Assembly (NCBI GenBank): GCA_963676795.2
Contig: CAXXTB010000002.1
Span: 1,984,001 to 2,048,000, forward strand
Length of the DNA stretch: 64,000 nt
DNA from: Geopsychrobacteraceae bacterium
Lineage (GTDB): Bacteria; Desulfobacterota; Desulfuromonadia; Desulfuromonadales; Geopsychrobacteraceae
Direction of reading: 5' to 3'
The notes beneath the pieces were generated by a model. It did no database searches. It had not been told where the DNA came from and worked only from the letters and a program-made list of their open reading frames with translations. This document shows positions 9,989 to 19,999 of this stretch, piece by piece. The number at the start of each line of letters is the position of its first letter. The stretch's first letter is position 1. The translations under genes were made by a program, and so were the position numbers.

Positions 9989-12463
9989 TTAGCCGTCCAG
10001 TACAGTCCTGATCATCCTTGCGATCTTGCCGACATTCAACGGCTTCAGAAGATATTCCCTGATCCCCAGATTTTTTGCCGAAACCTCATCGATCTGATCA
10101 CTGTAACCGGTACAGAGAATGATCGGCATCTCCGGTCTGATCTCCAGAATCTTTCGTGCGAGGTCCCGACCAGTCAGGTCGGGCATGGTCTGATCGGTGA
10201 TAACCAGGTCAAACAGATAAGGATTCCTGGCAAAAAGATTCAGCGCTCGCAGGCTACTCTGCTCTACTGTCACCTGGTAACCAAGCCACTGCAGCATCGA
10301 CTCGCCAAGGTCCACCAGGACTGTTTCATCGTCAACAAAAAGAATTCGTTCACAGCCCTTGGGAATATTCACAGGTTCCTGCAGGACCTCAGCACGTTGA
10401 ACTGCAACAACTGGGAAATAGACACGGAAGGTTGTCCCCTGGCCGGGAGCTGTTTCCACCCTGATCGCCCCTCCACACTCTTCAACAATCCCGTGGACGA
10501 TTGCCAGCCCCATGCCGGTTCCCTTGCCGATCTCCTTGGTCGAAAAATAGGGATCAAATATCTTATCGACAATTTCAGGGGAGATCCCTTCTCCGCTGTC
10601 AGAAACAGACAGGCGGACATACTCACCGGAACGAACCGAAAACAACATATCCGGGTCATCGCCATCAACAAACCGGTTATCCAGCACAACAGTCAGCGTC
10701 CCCCCGCACTCTTCCATGGCCTGATAGGCATTGGTGCACAAATTCAACAGAACCTGATGCAACTGAGTCGGATCGGCCAGCACGGTATCCCTGTCCAGAT
10801 CGACCTTCTCAACGATACTGATCGTCGATGGTATGGAGGAACGCAACATCTTCAACCCCTCTTTGACAAGAGGCCCCAACCTCAAGGGAACCGGGTCGAC
10901 CTTGGATTGGCGGCTGAAAGCAAGAATCTGTTTCACCAGATTCTTTGCCCGGTCAGATGCAGCTATAACCTGATCCAGATTCCCGGTAAGCTGGGGTTCA
11001 GGAGGGGCATGGATTTTGGCCATATCGGCATAGCCACGGATCGCCCCGAGAATATTGTTGAAATCATGGGCTATCCCGCCTGCCAGGGTTCCGATAGCTT
11101 CCATCTTACGGGCCTGGCGCAGTCGATCCTCCTGCTGACGCTCTTCTTCGGCCCGCTGCTTCTGCTCAGTGATGTCCCGAGCGGTCACCAGCGAACCGAC
11201 AATCTCCCCCTGTTCATTCTTCACCGGACTGAAGCTGAAAGAACCAACCCAGGATTCCCCGCTGTCCTTACGATAGGTTTTATACTCGACATTGGTCCCG
11301 GATTCCCCGCGCAGGGCTCTCGTCGTCGCCCAATTCTCCGGAGGACAAGGCTCACCATCGACCGTAAAGACGTCAAACAGATCGGAATAGCGGTCAAAGG
11401 ACCGAAAGCACTCTTCCTGGTTTTGAAAACGACAGAAACGGGCCCAGGCGTCGTTGAATTCAACCAGGTTTCCGTAGGCATCGGACATGAACATTCCGTC
11501 AGGCATACTGGCCATCGCCGCCGCCAGTTTGGCCCGATTGTCCTCGATCATTTTTTCAGCTTTTACCCGCTCCGAGATATCCCGAAAAACCCCGAGAACA
11601 CCGACGATCTCTCCTTTTGAATCTTTGACGATCCCCCGGGTCACCTCGACAACAAATTGCGTCCCGTCTTTACACCGGTATTCCGTGGTATGAAACTCAG
11701 CCTCTCCGGTCGCAGGCGGATTTGCAAACAGGTTTTTCTGACTGAAATAATCCTCAGGGTCAACGTAGAAGGATTCCATCGTTTTACCTACGGACTCCTC
11801 CTGCGAATAACCTGTCAGGGCTGTAAACCCAGGGTTGACCATGACGATCCGCCTGTGCGTATCTACGAAAACAACCCCGTCGGTAATCGAGTTGAAGATC
11901 GCCTCGAACTGGGCGTGCTGACTCCTCAAGCGCGCCAGGAGATTCTGGCGTTCGGAGATATCGTTCACAAAAGCAAACAGGTATGATCGGCCTGCGTACT
12001 CCATCAACGTCGCTTTTATTTCAACCGGAAAGAGCTCACCATCCTTGGTCTGGTGCCGGGTTTCGAACAGCATCGCCCTGTTACTCCGTATTTCCAGAAG
12101 GAATTCGCTCCACTTTTCTCTGGTAAACAGCGGATCCCAATCCCAGACATGCATGCTCTGAAGCTCTTCACGACTGTAACCAAGACGCTTGCATGCTGAG
12201 TCATTCACATAAACAATGCTCGAATCTTCCCGCATCCAGAAAACTTCATCTGCAGAAGATTCCACCGAAAAGCGTGAAAAGAAGGACAGAGAATCGATCG
12301 AAAGTTCGTCAGAAACATTCCCGGGAACGGGGTTCGAAGAGGTGAGTTCTGAGTCGCGGAAGAGTGATGGGAAATGAACAGCGGCAAGCTGCTGACGCAG
12401 GCAGCGGATTTCGTTGATCAGCTGCTCTTTTGTTTTGTCATTGTCATCCATAAGGGCAGGCAT
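9989..12463 (-). CDS. Cytoplasmic hybrid sensor histidine kinase (3 PAS, HisKA, HATPase, REC)
   Basis: PAS repeats, GIAHDFNN H-box, NLCTNA, GTGMGL, FVDDE...ITDQTMP receiver. Confidence 0.92.
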   Translation of the reverse strand: MPALMDDNDKTKEQLINEIRCLRQQLAAVHFPSLFRDSELTSSNPVPGNVSDELSIDSLSFFSRFSVESSADEVFWMREDSSIVYVNDSACKRLGYSREELQSMHVWDWDPLFTREKWSEFLLEIRSNRAMLFETRHQTKDGELFPVEIKATLMEYAGRSYLFAFVNDISERQNLLARLRSQHAQFEAIFNSITDGVVFVDTHRRIVMVNPGFTALTGYSQEESVGKTMESFYVDPEDYFSQKNLFANPPATGEAEFHTTEYRCKDGTQFVVEVTRGIVKDSKGEIVGVLGVFRDISERVKAEKMIEDNRAKLAAAMASMPDGMFMSDAYGNLVEFNDAWARFCRFQNQEECFRSFDRYSDLFDVFTVDGEPCPPENWATTRALRGESGTNVEYKTYRKDSGESWVGSFSFSPVKNEQGEIVGSLVTARDITEQKQRAEEERQQEDRLRQARKMEAIGTLAGGIAHDFNNILGAIRGYADMAKIHAPPEPQLTGNLDQVIAASDRAKNLVKQILAFSRQSKVDPVPLRLGPLVKEGLKMLRSSIPSTISIVEKVDLDRDTVLADPTQLHQVLLNLCTNAYQAMEECGGTLTVVLDNRFVDGDDPDMLFSVRSGEYVRLSVSDSGEGISPEIVDKIFDPYFSTKEIGKGTGMGLAIVHGIVEECGGAIRVETAPGQGTTFRVYFPVVAVQRAEVLQEPVNIPKGCERILFVDDETVLVDLGESMLQWLGYQVTVEQSSLRALNLFARNPYLFDLVITDQTMPDLTGRDLARKILEIRPEMPIILCTGYSDQIDEVSAKNLGIREYLLKPLNVGKIARMIRTVLDG

Positions 12464-12788
12464 CCCGACGGCTACAAGTCATCTCATTCAAGACAGAACA
12501 GTCATCATCGACCAAAAAGTCTTTGCATCGACAGAAAGTAAACAATTCAACAATTAGCATGATTTAACAAAAAAACAAAGAACAAATACCTGGGGGTTGG
12601 CAACCGCAGAACGGCTTCCTGCTGCAGCCAAGGCCTGCCTAGTTTTCATCCGGAAACGGTCCTTTTCCGCCATAGCTGCGTCAACCTGCGGGCTTACTTG
12701 TGCGGCGTAAAGGACTACGCCTCCATACAAGCCCTTGATTTTCTTGCTATGACAAAAAATTGCTCGTTTCCAATCTGAAAACTTACGC

Positions 12789-12817
12789 GTTGCCATCTGG
12801 AGTTTCCGGATGGCAAC
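12789..12817 (-). terminator. Hairpin immediately after the dinB stop
   Basis: GTTGCCATC...GATGGCAAC inverted repeat; U-tract weak. Confidence 0.5.
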
Positions 12818-12820
12818 TAA

Positions 12821-14050
12821 CTAGAGGACACCGACCCGGCGAATCCCATCCGGCCGCCAGGCCGGGGAAATAACATGGCTTCCCTTCTCTTTAAGATTGA
12901 GGAGATTCCCCGGCATGACCGAGAATTCCCCGTAGCGGTCGTTGACCTGGTCAAGGACGGCAGTCAGGCTGTCGCGACGGCGCTCTTCGGGCAACAACGG
13001 AATCTGCCGGACCTGATGGAGAAGATTCGACAGCCTTACGCCCAGCAGGCGGATCGGCTGATCGAGGATCAGGCTGTCGCAGATCTTCAGCGCGGCCTGG
13101 TAGATCTCTTCGCTGCGCCAGATCTGCGAGAACTGAACCTGCTGGCGGCTGAAGGTGGTGAAATCGGCGTAACGCACCGTCAGGGTCACCGTCTTGCCGG
13201 TCACAGCGTAGCGCCGGGCCCGACGGCCGACCATCTCGGCAAGCTGGAGCAGATAACGCGCGATCTGATTCCGGTCGGAGACATCCTGGCTCAAGGTCAT
13301 GCTGTGACCGACCGTCTTGACCTCTTCCTCAAGCTCGGGTGGAATCACCGGGCAGCTGTCGCCCCCCTGCCCCATCAGCGCCAGGCGTTCGCCGATGATA
13401 CCGAATTTCGCCTTTAACCGTGCAACCGGATAGCGGCCGAGCTGACCGCAGGTAACAATCCCCATCCGATGCAGCTTGTCCATGGTCTTGCGACCAATCC
13501 CGCAGAGCTCTTCGATCGGCAAATTCTCCAGAACGGTGGCAATCTCCTCAGGGCGAATCAGGGTCAAACCGTCCGGCTTCTTCATCTCCGAAGCCAGTTT
13601 GGCCAGCAGCTTGTTCGGAGCGATACCAACGGAACAGGTCAACCCGAAACGGGCCTTGATGCGGGATTTGATCAGATAGGCGATGCGCTGCGCGCTGCCG
13701 AAATAGCTGACGCTTCCCGAGATATCGAGAAAGGCTTCATCGATAGAAAAAACCTCGACCCGATCCGAATAATCGGCCAGCAGAGCCATGATCTGACTGG
13801 AGACATAGGTATAGAGACGATTGTTGGCCGGGCAGAGCTTAAGCTGCGGACACCTCTGCCTGGCCTCATGGAGCATCATCCCGGTTTTGACCCCGAACCT
13901 GCGTGCCTCATAGGAAGCGGTCAGAATAATTGTCCGTTTCTGACTGCCGACCACGGCAACCGGCCTGCCGCGCAAAGCCGGGTTCGACTGCTGTTCGACG
14001 GAAGCGAAAAAAGCATTCATATCAACGTGAAGAACCAACCGCTCCCCCAT
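12821..14050 (-). CDS. dinB: Y-family DNA polymerase (Pol IV/DinB-like)
   Basis: HVDMNAFFASVEQ, SYEAR, SIDEAFLD, KLLAKLAS.MKKPDG. Confidence 0.93.
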   Translation of the reverse strand: MGERLVLHVDMNAFFASVEQQSNPALRGRPVAVVGSQKRTIILTASYEARRFGVKTGMMLHEARQRCPQLKLCPANNRLYTYVSSQIMALLADYSDRVEVFSIDEAFLDISGSVSYFGSAQRIAYLIKSRIKARFGLTCSVGIAPNKLLAKLASEMKKPDGLTLIRPEEIATVLENLPIEELCGIGRKTMDKLHRMGIVTCGQLGRYPVARLKAKFGIIGERLALMGQGGDSCPVIPPELEEEVKTVGHSMTLSQDVSDRNQIARYLLQLAEMVGRRARRYAVTGKTVTLTVRYADFTTFSRQQVQFSQIWRSEEIYQAALKICDSLILDQPIRLLGVRLSNLLHQVRQIPLLPEERRRDSLTAVLDQVNDRYGEFSVMPGNLLNLKEKGSHVISPAWRPDGIRRVGVL

Positions 14051-14302
14051 CTAGAACGCCTCGATCTTCAACAGTTGCCAAAGCGGCTCGGCCGGACTGT
14101 AAACCAACTCGTACAGGGCGCCACCATCGCTGACATGGAAATAGATCAGCTCCTTTTCACCGCGCCGCTCCCGCCAGCTGTTGGTCACCTGAACGATACG
14201 ATGCTGCTTGCGGTTCAGATCAAACCAGACCGGCCTGAGTTTCCCGCCGGGACCATGCACGACCGCGACGCGGATGCCGTCGACCACCTGCTCCACGCTC
14301 AA
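14051..14302 (-). CDS. Small conserved-looking protein of the lexA-dinB cassette
   Basis: 83-aa ORF overlapping the lexA stop and abutting the dinB start; beta-rich pattern P.WF...W...YFHV...YEL. Confidence 0.75.
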   Translation of the reverse strand: MSVEQVVDGIRVAVVHGPGGKLRPVWFDLNRKQHRIVQVTNSWRERRGEKELIYFHVSDGGALYELVYSPAEPLWQLLKIEAF

Positions 14303-14907
14303 TCCTCCAAAACACGCATAACGCTGATCACCTTACCGATCACCACAGGCTCACCGTCTTCGGGAAGCAGAATAATCGGCTCCAGGCTGTCATTTTCAGG
14401 CTGCAGGCGAATCCGGCCGGGTTCCCGGAAAAAACGCTTGAGGGTCGCTTCGCCATCAAGCGCGACCACAACGATATCGCCATTTTCAGCCGTTCTCTGC
14501 GGCCTGACAATGGCATAATCGCCGTCAGCGATATGAGCCTTGATCATCGATTCACCGCTGACTCTCAAGGCGAAACACCCCTCCCCCTTAAGCAGGGAGC
14601 TATCAACATTCAGGTGGCCCTCGATCTCTTCAAAAGCTTCAGTCAAGGGACCTGCTGCAACGGAACCGACAATCGGCAGGACCCTGGATGACGGGCGATC
14701 GGTCAGACGGATACTGCGGGACGCTCCGCGGGACCGGCTGATCAGTCCTTTACGCTCAAGCGCCTCAAGGTGACGCAGCACCCCCAGATTGCCGCTGATC
14801 TGCAGATGGGAAGCAATCTCCTGCAGCGTCGGTGCCGTTCCTGCTGTTTCGATATGCCGGGTAATAAAATCGTAGACCTGCTGTTGCCGCCGGGTCAGTT
14901 GCTCCAT
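14299..14907 (-). CDS. lexA: SOS repressor LexA
   Basis: LTRRQ..PTLQEIA wHTH, VAAG cleavage site, GESM Ser and TLKR Lys; RBS GGAGA before ATG 14907. Confidence 0.95.
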   Translation of the reverse strand: MEQLTRRQQQVYDFITRHIETAGTAPTLQEIASHLQISGNLGVLRHLEALERKGLISRSRGASRSIRLTDRPSSRVLPIVGSVAAGPLTEAFEEIEGHLNVDSSLLKGEGCFALRVSGESMIKAHIADGDYAIVRPQRTAENGDIVVVALDGEATLKRFFREPGRIRLQPENDSLEPIILLPEDGEPVVIGKVISVMRVLED

Positions 14908-14932
14908 GGCAATCTCCATACGTGATAGAATA

Positions 14933-14954
14933 ATAGTTACTAAAAAGTAACTAT
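14933..14954. promoter_or_regulatory. Putative LexA operator (SOS box)
   Basis: Perfect palindrome ATAGTTACT-AAAA-AGTAACTAT between a TTGACA (14976-14971, minus strand) and the lexA start. Confidence 0.8.
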
Positions 14955-14981
14955 CATGGAGTTAGCCAACTGTCAAGCGCT

Positions 14982-15896
14982 TCAGCTGCGTACAGGGGGA
15001 CGCAGGTTCAGATGTTGAAGAAAAGAGTTGAGGGCCGGAGAGCACTTCTGCCCTTTGGGAAAAACAGAGTAAACATGGCGCAATGCCCACTTATCGGCAA
15101 GCGGGGCCGCTTTCAGGGTCTCATCGTCGAGATGGGGACGCAGATCCTTTTCCCCGAGAATCCCCAGGCCAAGACCGGCTCTTACACAGTGGATCAGGGA
15201 CGATACCCGCATCACCTTGATATCCGGCTTGGAACTCTGCCCCGCTTTGCGCCGGACTTCTTCAAGAATTTCATCCAGCGCCCCGCCTTCCAGCAGGGAG
15301 ATATGCTCATACTCGAAGGTTTCCCGGAAATGGATCGGAGCACCTTCTTCACGGGTCGCAAAGAGCGGATGGTCGGCACTTCCCACCACCCAGACAAAAT
15401 CCTCCTTGAAAACCAACTTTTCAAACCCTGCAAGGTCACCGGTATCATAGACAATACACAGGTCGGCCAGGTCTTCACGCAGAAAGCGTGCCGCATCCCG
15501 GGAGAAAATCTCCTGAACAGTGACATGCACGGAAGGATAAGCCTGTTTGAATTGAGCAATAATCGAAGGGAGAGAGCCATTCATGGCCCAGGGGATGACG
15601 GCAATACGGAAATCTCCGGCCTCCCCTTCGGCAAAACGCTTGAGGTCGGCACGGACATCGGAATATTTGTGCAGCAATTGCTCGCAGTGGCCGGCAAAAA
15701 CCTTGCCGGCCGGAGTCAGACTTGCACCGGTCGGTGTCCTTGAAACCAGGATGGTATCAAGATCATTTTCCAGTTCGCTGATTCGCCGGGAAGCCGCAGA
15801 GGTTGCGATATGCTCACTTCTGGCCGCCGCACCAATACTGCCCAACCTGGCAACCGCAAGAAATACACGTAAGGTTACAATATCAAAACTCTGCAT
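14982..15896 (-). CDS. LysR family transcriptional regulator
   Basis: LRVFLAVARLGSIGAAA...SAASRRISELE...LTPAG N-terminal HTH. Confidence 0.92.
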   Translation of the reverse strand: MQSFDIVTLRVFLAVARLGSIGAAARSEHIATSAASRRISELENDLDTILVSRTPTGASLTPAGKVFAGHCEQLLHKYSDVRADLKRFAEGEAGDFRIAVIPWAMNGSLPSIIAQFKQAYPSVHVTVQEIFSRDAARFLREDLADLCIVYDTGDLAGFEKLVFKEDFVWVVGSADHPLFATREEGAPIHFRETFEYEHISLLEGGALDEILEEVRRKAGQSSKPDIKVMRVSSLIHCVRAGLGLGILGEKDLRPHLDDETLKAAPLADKWALRHVYSVFPKGQKCSPALNSFLQHLNLRPPVRS

Positions 15897-16524
15897 GAAT
15901 CCCTTCTGGAATCAGTCTTCCAGCATTGCTCTGGTCACGGCCTCCTGATTGTGCGGGTTCCTGATCGAAACATGAGAAACCTTTTGAACCTTCCCGAAGG
16001 AGAGGAACAGGCACTGAGCCCAACCAGCAATGCTTTTTAGCGCAGCAAAAGCCGGATTGTCGTAGGAATGAACATTTTGGAGAGTATACATCGCTTTACC
16101 TTTTCTGTAGAGAAAATTTTATCCTAAATCTCACAACGCAAAAGGTAATACATCCCTCTCCATAGGAGGTAGTGCTTATCAAACAACAAGCTCTTCGAAA
16201 TTGGGCATGACCTTGAAAACAACAGCGTTATGGCCGACCATGGCCTCAAGCGGGCCCTTACGACCGCCGTTCAGATGCGAAAGCAGAGGTCACCAGCAGA
16301 TCTATCCCTCCCGGGGTTACAGCAAAAAAAGCGACAGACCTGATGCGGATCCGAAGTCATGCCCCTGCAACCCGGGCCTTGCAGCATATTGCCTTTTCAG
16401 TCAACAGCATGACGATATACAAATTTGAAGATTGACCAAATATTGCTAAAATATTAATACTTAACAGATCGTAAACTCATGTTAATCTTCGTTGCAGATC
16501 CTGCATCTCAGGAGAGAGCGGCCC

Positions 16525-18951
16525 GTGACATACCAAAAGAGATTCACAGACATTCTCCCCGGGAAATCGCCAATCCTGATAATCCTGTCCGCTCTATTCA
16601 TCCTGACCTGCACCAGCCCGTCGGCCTTTGCCGCCAGACAGGTCAGAGTAGGAATTTTCGACGGCAGTCCCGCCAGAGAATTCTCCATCGACCTCATTGA
16701 CGCCATGGCCAAAAAGGAAGACTGGCAGGTTGAATACAAGATCGACAGTATGGCCAACTGCCTGGCGCGACTGCGCAGCGGCGAGATCGACATCATGACA
16801 GCCTTTGGCTATTCGCTCGAGCGCGATCATATTGCCGACTTCACCCGCATCCCGATGATCCAGCGCTGGTCGATGGTCTTCCTCCCCTTGCATTCCACGA
16901 TCAAAAGAACCAGAGACCTTGAAGGCAAACGGGTCGGGATTCTGCGTGAAGGATCGACCGCCCAGCGGTTTGTCGAACTGATCGAAAAATTCGACATCCA
17001 CTGTCAGCTGGTCGGCTATGACAGTTTTGAAGAGATCATGCAGGGGCTTGAACAGGGAGAGATTGACGCCGGGGTCGTCGTCAACATCTTCGGGGCGCGT
17101 TCCAGCACCCAATACCAGGTCCAGGCCTCATCCATCGTCTTCAGTCCGTCAAGCAATTACTTTGCTGTCCCCGAAGGGAAAAACGCCGATCTGGCCGCAA
17201 CGATAGACCGCTATATGGATCAATGGAAACAGGATCCGAAATCGGTCTATTACCAGTCGATGAATCGCTGGCTGCTCGGCAAAGAGGAGACAGGCCCCAT
17301 TATTCCGACATGGATCTATCTCCTGCTCGCGCTCTTTGTTGCTGGCCTGCTGCTGCTGTTTATCTGGACGCGTCTGCTCAAACGTATGGTCAACAAGAGA
17401 ACCCGTGAGCTCAGCGTCAGCGAAGCACGCCTGAACGAACTGATCGATCTCTCTCCAATCGGCCTGGTCCTGTGTACAATGGACGGACACTATATCTCGG
17501 CCAATCCGGCCTATCAGCAGATCACCGGTTATACTCTCGCTGAATTACTGCACATGAGCTACCGGCAACTGACATCCGCACAGGGGCAGGAACAGGATCT
17601 TGAACGGGCAAAAGTTCTGGAAACGGATGGGCGCTACGGCCCCTTTGAAACAGAAATTATCAACAAAGCAGGCCACCTGGTCACGGTTCGTGTCAGTTCA
17701 ATGCTCGTCACCCGCGATAACAGTAAATATACCTGGTCAAGCGTCGAAGACATCTCCCCTCTCAAACAGGCCGAACAAGAGAAACAGGAGATGTCCATAC
17801 GCCTGCAGCAAACCCAGAAAATGGAGGCAATCGGGACCCTGGCCGGGGGGATTGCCCACGATTTCAACAACATCCTCTCGGTTATCATCGGCTATACAGA
17901 CCTGGCCTGCCTAAAACTGGGACACAATCCGGAAGCCGCCGAAGATCTCAACTTTGTCCTTTCCGCCGCCCGCAGGGCCAGGGACCTGGTCCGCCAGATC
18001 CTGCTTTTCAGCCGCAAAAGGGAAAACGGCTTCGAACCGCTTAAAATCCACGATATCATTCTGGAAGCCTGCAATATGATTAGAAAGACGATCCCGTCGT
18101 CTATCGCGATCAACCTTCAGCTCGCCCCTGAAACCGGCCTTATCCTGGGAGATTCGACAAAGATCTACCAGATCCTGATAAATCTCTGCACCAATGCCAG
18201 CCACGCCATGAACGGTGACAGTGGACAGATCGACATCTGCCTGACCCGCCTGAGGCTCAGCGAAGAGGACAAACCTCAATATCCGAAGCTGGACTGCGGA
18301 GAGTACGCCCGACTGGTCGTCGCCGACAATGGCAGCGGCATCGCTGAAGAAAACCTGACCAGGATCTTCGAACCTTTTTTCACGACCAAGGAGGTCGGCA
18401 AGGGAACCGGTATGGGCCTGTCAGTCATCCACGGGATTGTCGAAGATCACGGCGGAGAAATTCGGGTGGAAAGTCAGATCGGCGAAGGAACAAGTTTTGA
18501 GATACTGCTGCCGATCTATACACAGGAGAACCCGACAGCACCCAAAGATCAACCTGAGAATGAGAGCCTGCGGGGCACAGAGCATATCCTGATCGTCGAT
18601 GACGAAACAGCCCTGGTTGAATTTATGAAAGTCTCTCTCAGCGCCTATGGTTACCAGGTCACTGCCACATCATCCCCCCTGATGGCCTATGCTCTTTTTC
18701 AGGAACAGCCCAATCGCTTTGACATGGTCCTGAGCGATCAGTCGATGCCGGAACTGACCGGAGACAAACTGGCGGCAAAGATCCTGACCCAACGCCCCGA
18801 TCTTCCCATCGTCATCCTCACCGGCTACAGCTCTAGCCTGACGGAAGAAAAAGCAAAACAGATCGGGATCAGCAACCTGTTGATAAAACCTGTCGAGATC
18901 ACCTTGCTGCTGCGTGAATTGCGCGCAATCTTTGACAGTAAGAGCAAGTAA
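16525..18951 (+). CDS. Membrane hybrid histidine kinase with periplasmic solute-binding domain, PAS, HisKA, HATPase, REC
   Basis: Signal-like N-terminus, PBP domain (SGEIDI...SLER), TM segment, GIAHDFNN, receiver; start uncertain (GTG 16525 or TTG 16492). Confidence 0.88.
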   Translation: MTYQKRFTDILPGKSPILIILSALFILTCTSPSAFAARQVRVGIFDGSPAREFSIDLIDAMAKKEDWQVEYKIDSMANCLARLRSGEIDIMTAFGYSLERDHIADFTRIPMIQRWSMVFLPLHSTIKRTRDLEGKRVGILREGSTAQRFVELIEKFDIHCQLVGYDSFEEIMQGLEQGEIDAGVVVNIFGARSSTQYQVQASSIVFSPSSNYFAVPEGKNADLAATIDRYMDQWKQDPKSVYYQSMNRWLLGKEETGPIIPTWIYLLLALFVAGLLLLFIWTRLLKRMVNKRTRELSVSEARLNELIDLSPIGLVLCTMDGHYISANPAYQQITGYTLAELLHMSYRQLTSAQGQEQDLERAKVLETDGRYGPFETEIINKAGHLVTVRVSSMLVTRDNSKYTWSSVEDISPLKQAEQEKQEMSIRLQQTQKMEAIGTLAGGIAHDFNNILSVIIGYTDLACLKLGHNPEAAEDLNFVLSAARRARDLVRQILLFSRKRENGFEPLKIHDIILEACNMIRKTIPSSIAINLQLAPETGLILGDSTKIYQILINLCTNASHAMNGDSGQIDICLTRLRLSEEDKPQYPKLDCGEYARLVVADNGSGIAEENLTRIFEPFFTTKEVGKGTGMGLSVIHGIVEDHGGEIRVESQIGEGTSFEILLPIYTQENPTAPKDQPENESLRGTEHILIVDDETALVEFMKVSLSAYGYQVTATSSPLMAYALFQEQPNRFDMVLSDQSMPELTGDKLAAKILTQRPDLPIVILTGYSSSLTEEKAKQIGISNLLIKPVEITLLLRELRAIFDSKSK

Positions 18952-18976
18952 CCTTAAAAGTCTGAGCCCGAAACAC

Positions 18977-19010
18977 AACAAGGCGATGTCGCAAGCGACA
19001 TCGCCTTGTT
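18977..19010. terminator. Bidirectional terminator
   Basis: 16-bp perfect inverted repeat AACAAGGCGATGTCGC-AA-GCGACATCGCCTTGTT between convergent genes. Confidence 0.85.
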
Positions 19011-19035
19011 TGTATCTGACAGCTTATCTGACGTA

Positions 19036-19641
19036 TCAGACAGGAAGAACGGTCCTGCCGTAAACTTCGTTGATGATCTGGGCCACTGCAGCGTAGATAG
19101 CAGAAAGACCGCAGAGGATGCCTTCATAACCGGCGAAGGTCTTGATGGCATGGCTTTCGGTATAGTCACCAATAGCCAGCAGGAAGAACAGAATCGTCAG
19201 CAGGAAGAAGATGACCTGCAGTGACTTGTGCAGCTTGAAGGTCGCAATGAACATGAAGAAGGTGAAAACACCCCACATGATCAGGAACCAGACCATCCCC
19301 AGGCTGTCGACAGGACCGATCAGGCCCATCTTCGGCATGGTGATCAGCGCAACCAGGGTCAGCCAGAAGAAACCGTAGGAAACAAATGCGGTTGTTGCGA
19401 AGGTATTGCCCTTCTTCCATTCCATCAGGCCGGCAATAATCTGGGCGATACCGCCGTAGCAGATCCCCATCGCCAGAATCATGGAGGTCAGGGAAAACAG
19501 ACCGGCATTGTGCAGGTTCAGCAGCACGGTCGTCATACCAAAACCGAGCAGTCCGAGTGGTGCAGGGTTACCACTGATATCCGCCAGATTGACGATTGAT
19601 GATTGAAGAGAGCCTTCCGCATGATTAATCGCGTTACCCAT
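19036..19641 (-). CDS. satP: Acetate/succinate uptake transporter (GPR1/FUN34/YaaH family)
   Basis: Signature [20 protein letters not shown]. Confidence 0.92.
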   Translation of the reverse strand: MGNAINHAEGSLQSSIVNLADISGNPAPLGLLGFGMTTVLLNLHNAGLFSLTSMILAMGICYGGIAQIIAGLMEWKKGNTFATTAFVSYGFFWLTLVALITMPKMGLIGPVDSLGMVWFLIMWGVFTFFMFIATFKLHKSLQVIFFLLTILFFLLAIGDYTESHAIKTFAGYEGILCGLSAIYAAVAQIINEVYGRTVLPV

Positions 19642-19999
19642 TGTTCATCCTTACTTCTTTAGTCGAGTGAAAGTGTTGTTCTCTAACAGCGCTCAGACAG
19701 ATCAGCTTTGATACTTAACAGAGCCTGGTGGTCGTAGTCGGTGACCTTTGGAATTGTGTCAAAGGAATACAGACGCCTTCAAAGTGCGTCGGAAGAGGAC
19801 GATATTAAGTTTCCGGATAAAAATCAAGAAAATAATCATCGATATGATAATTTTTAACAGGAAACTAAAAACACCGAACCATATGTGGAATTATTCTTGT
19901 TTTATAAACATTTAGCCAATTTTCCAGACTTAAAAAACCTCCACAGAACGAGCTGTGGAGACTGAGGGTCGAAACATATATCACAGAAAGAGGAGAAAA

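Noticed and set aside
9962..11620. 552-aa plus-strand ORF and similar long antisense ORFs (13469-14518, 5048-5899, 1629-2507, 23100-23870)
   Set aside because: Shadow frames opposite well-supported genes; no recognisable motifs
12590..12740. c-di-GMP-type riboswitch upstream of the hybrid kinase
   Set aside because: A hairpin (GGGCTT/AAGCCC, GGCGTA/TACGCC) is present, but the GGCAAA/GAAA/GCAAAG consensus elements are not
15897..16490. Riboswitch or small genes in the LysR/kinase intergenic region
   Set aside because: Only weak imperfect stems and short ORFs without RBS or motifs
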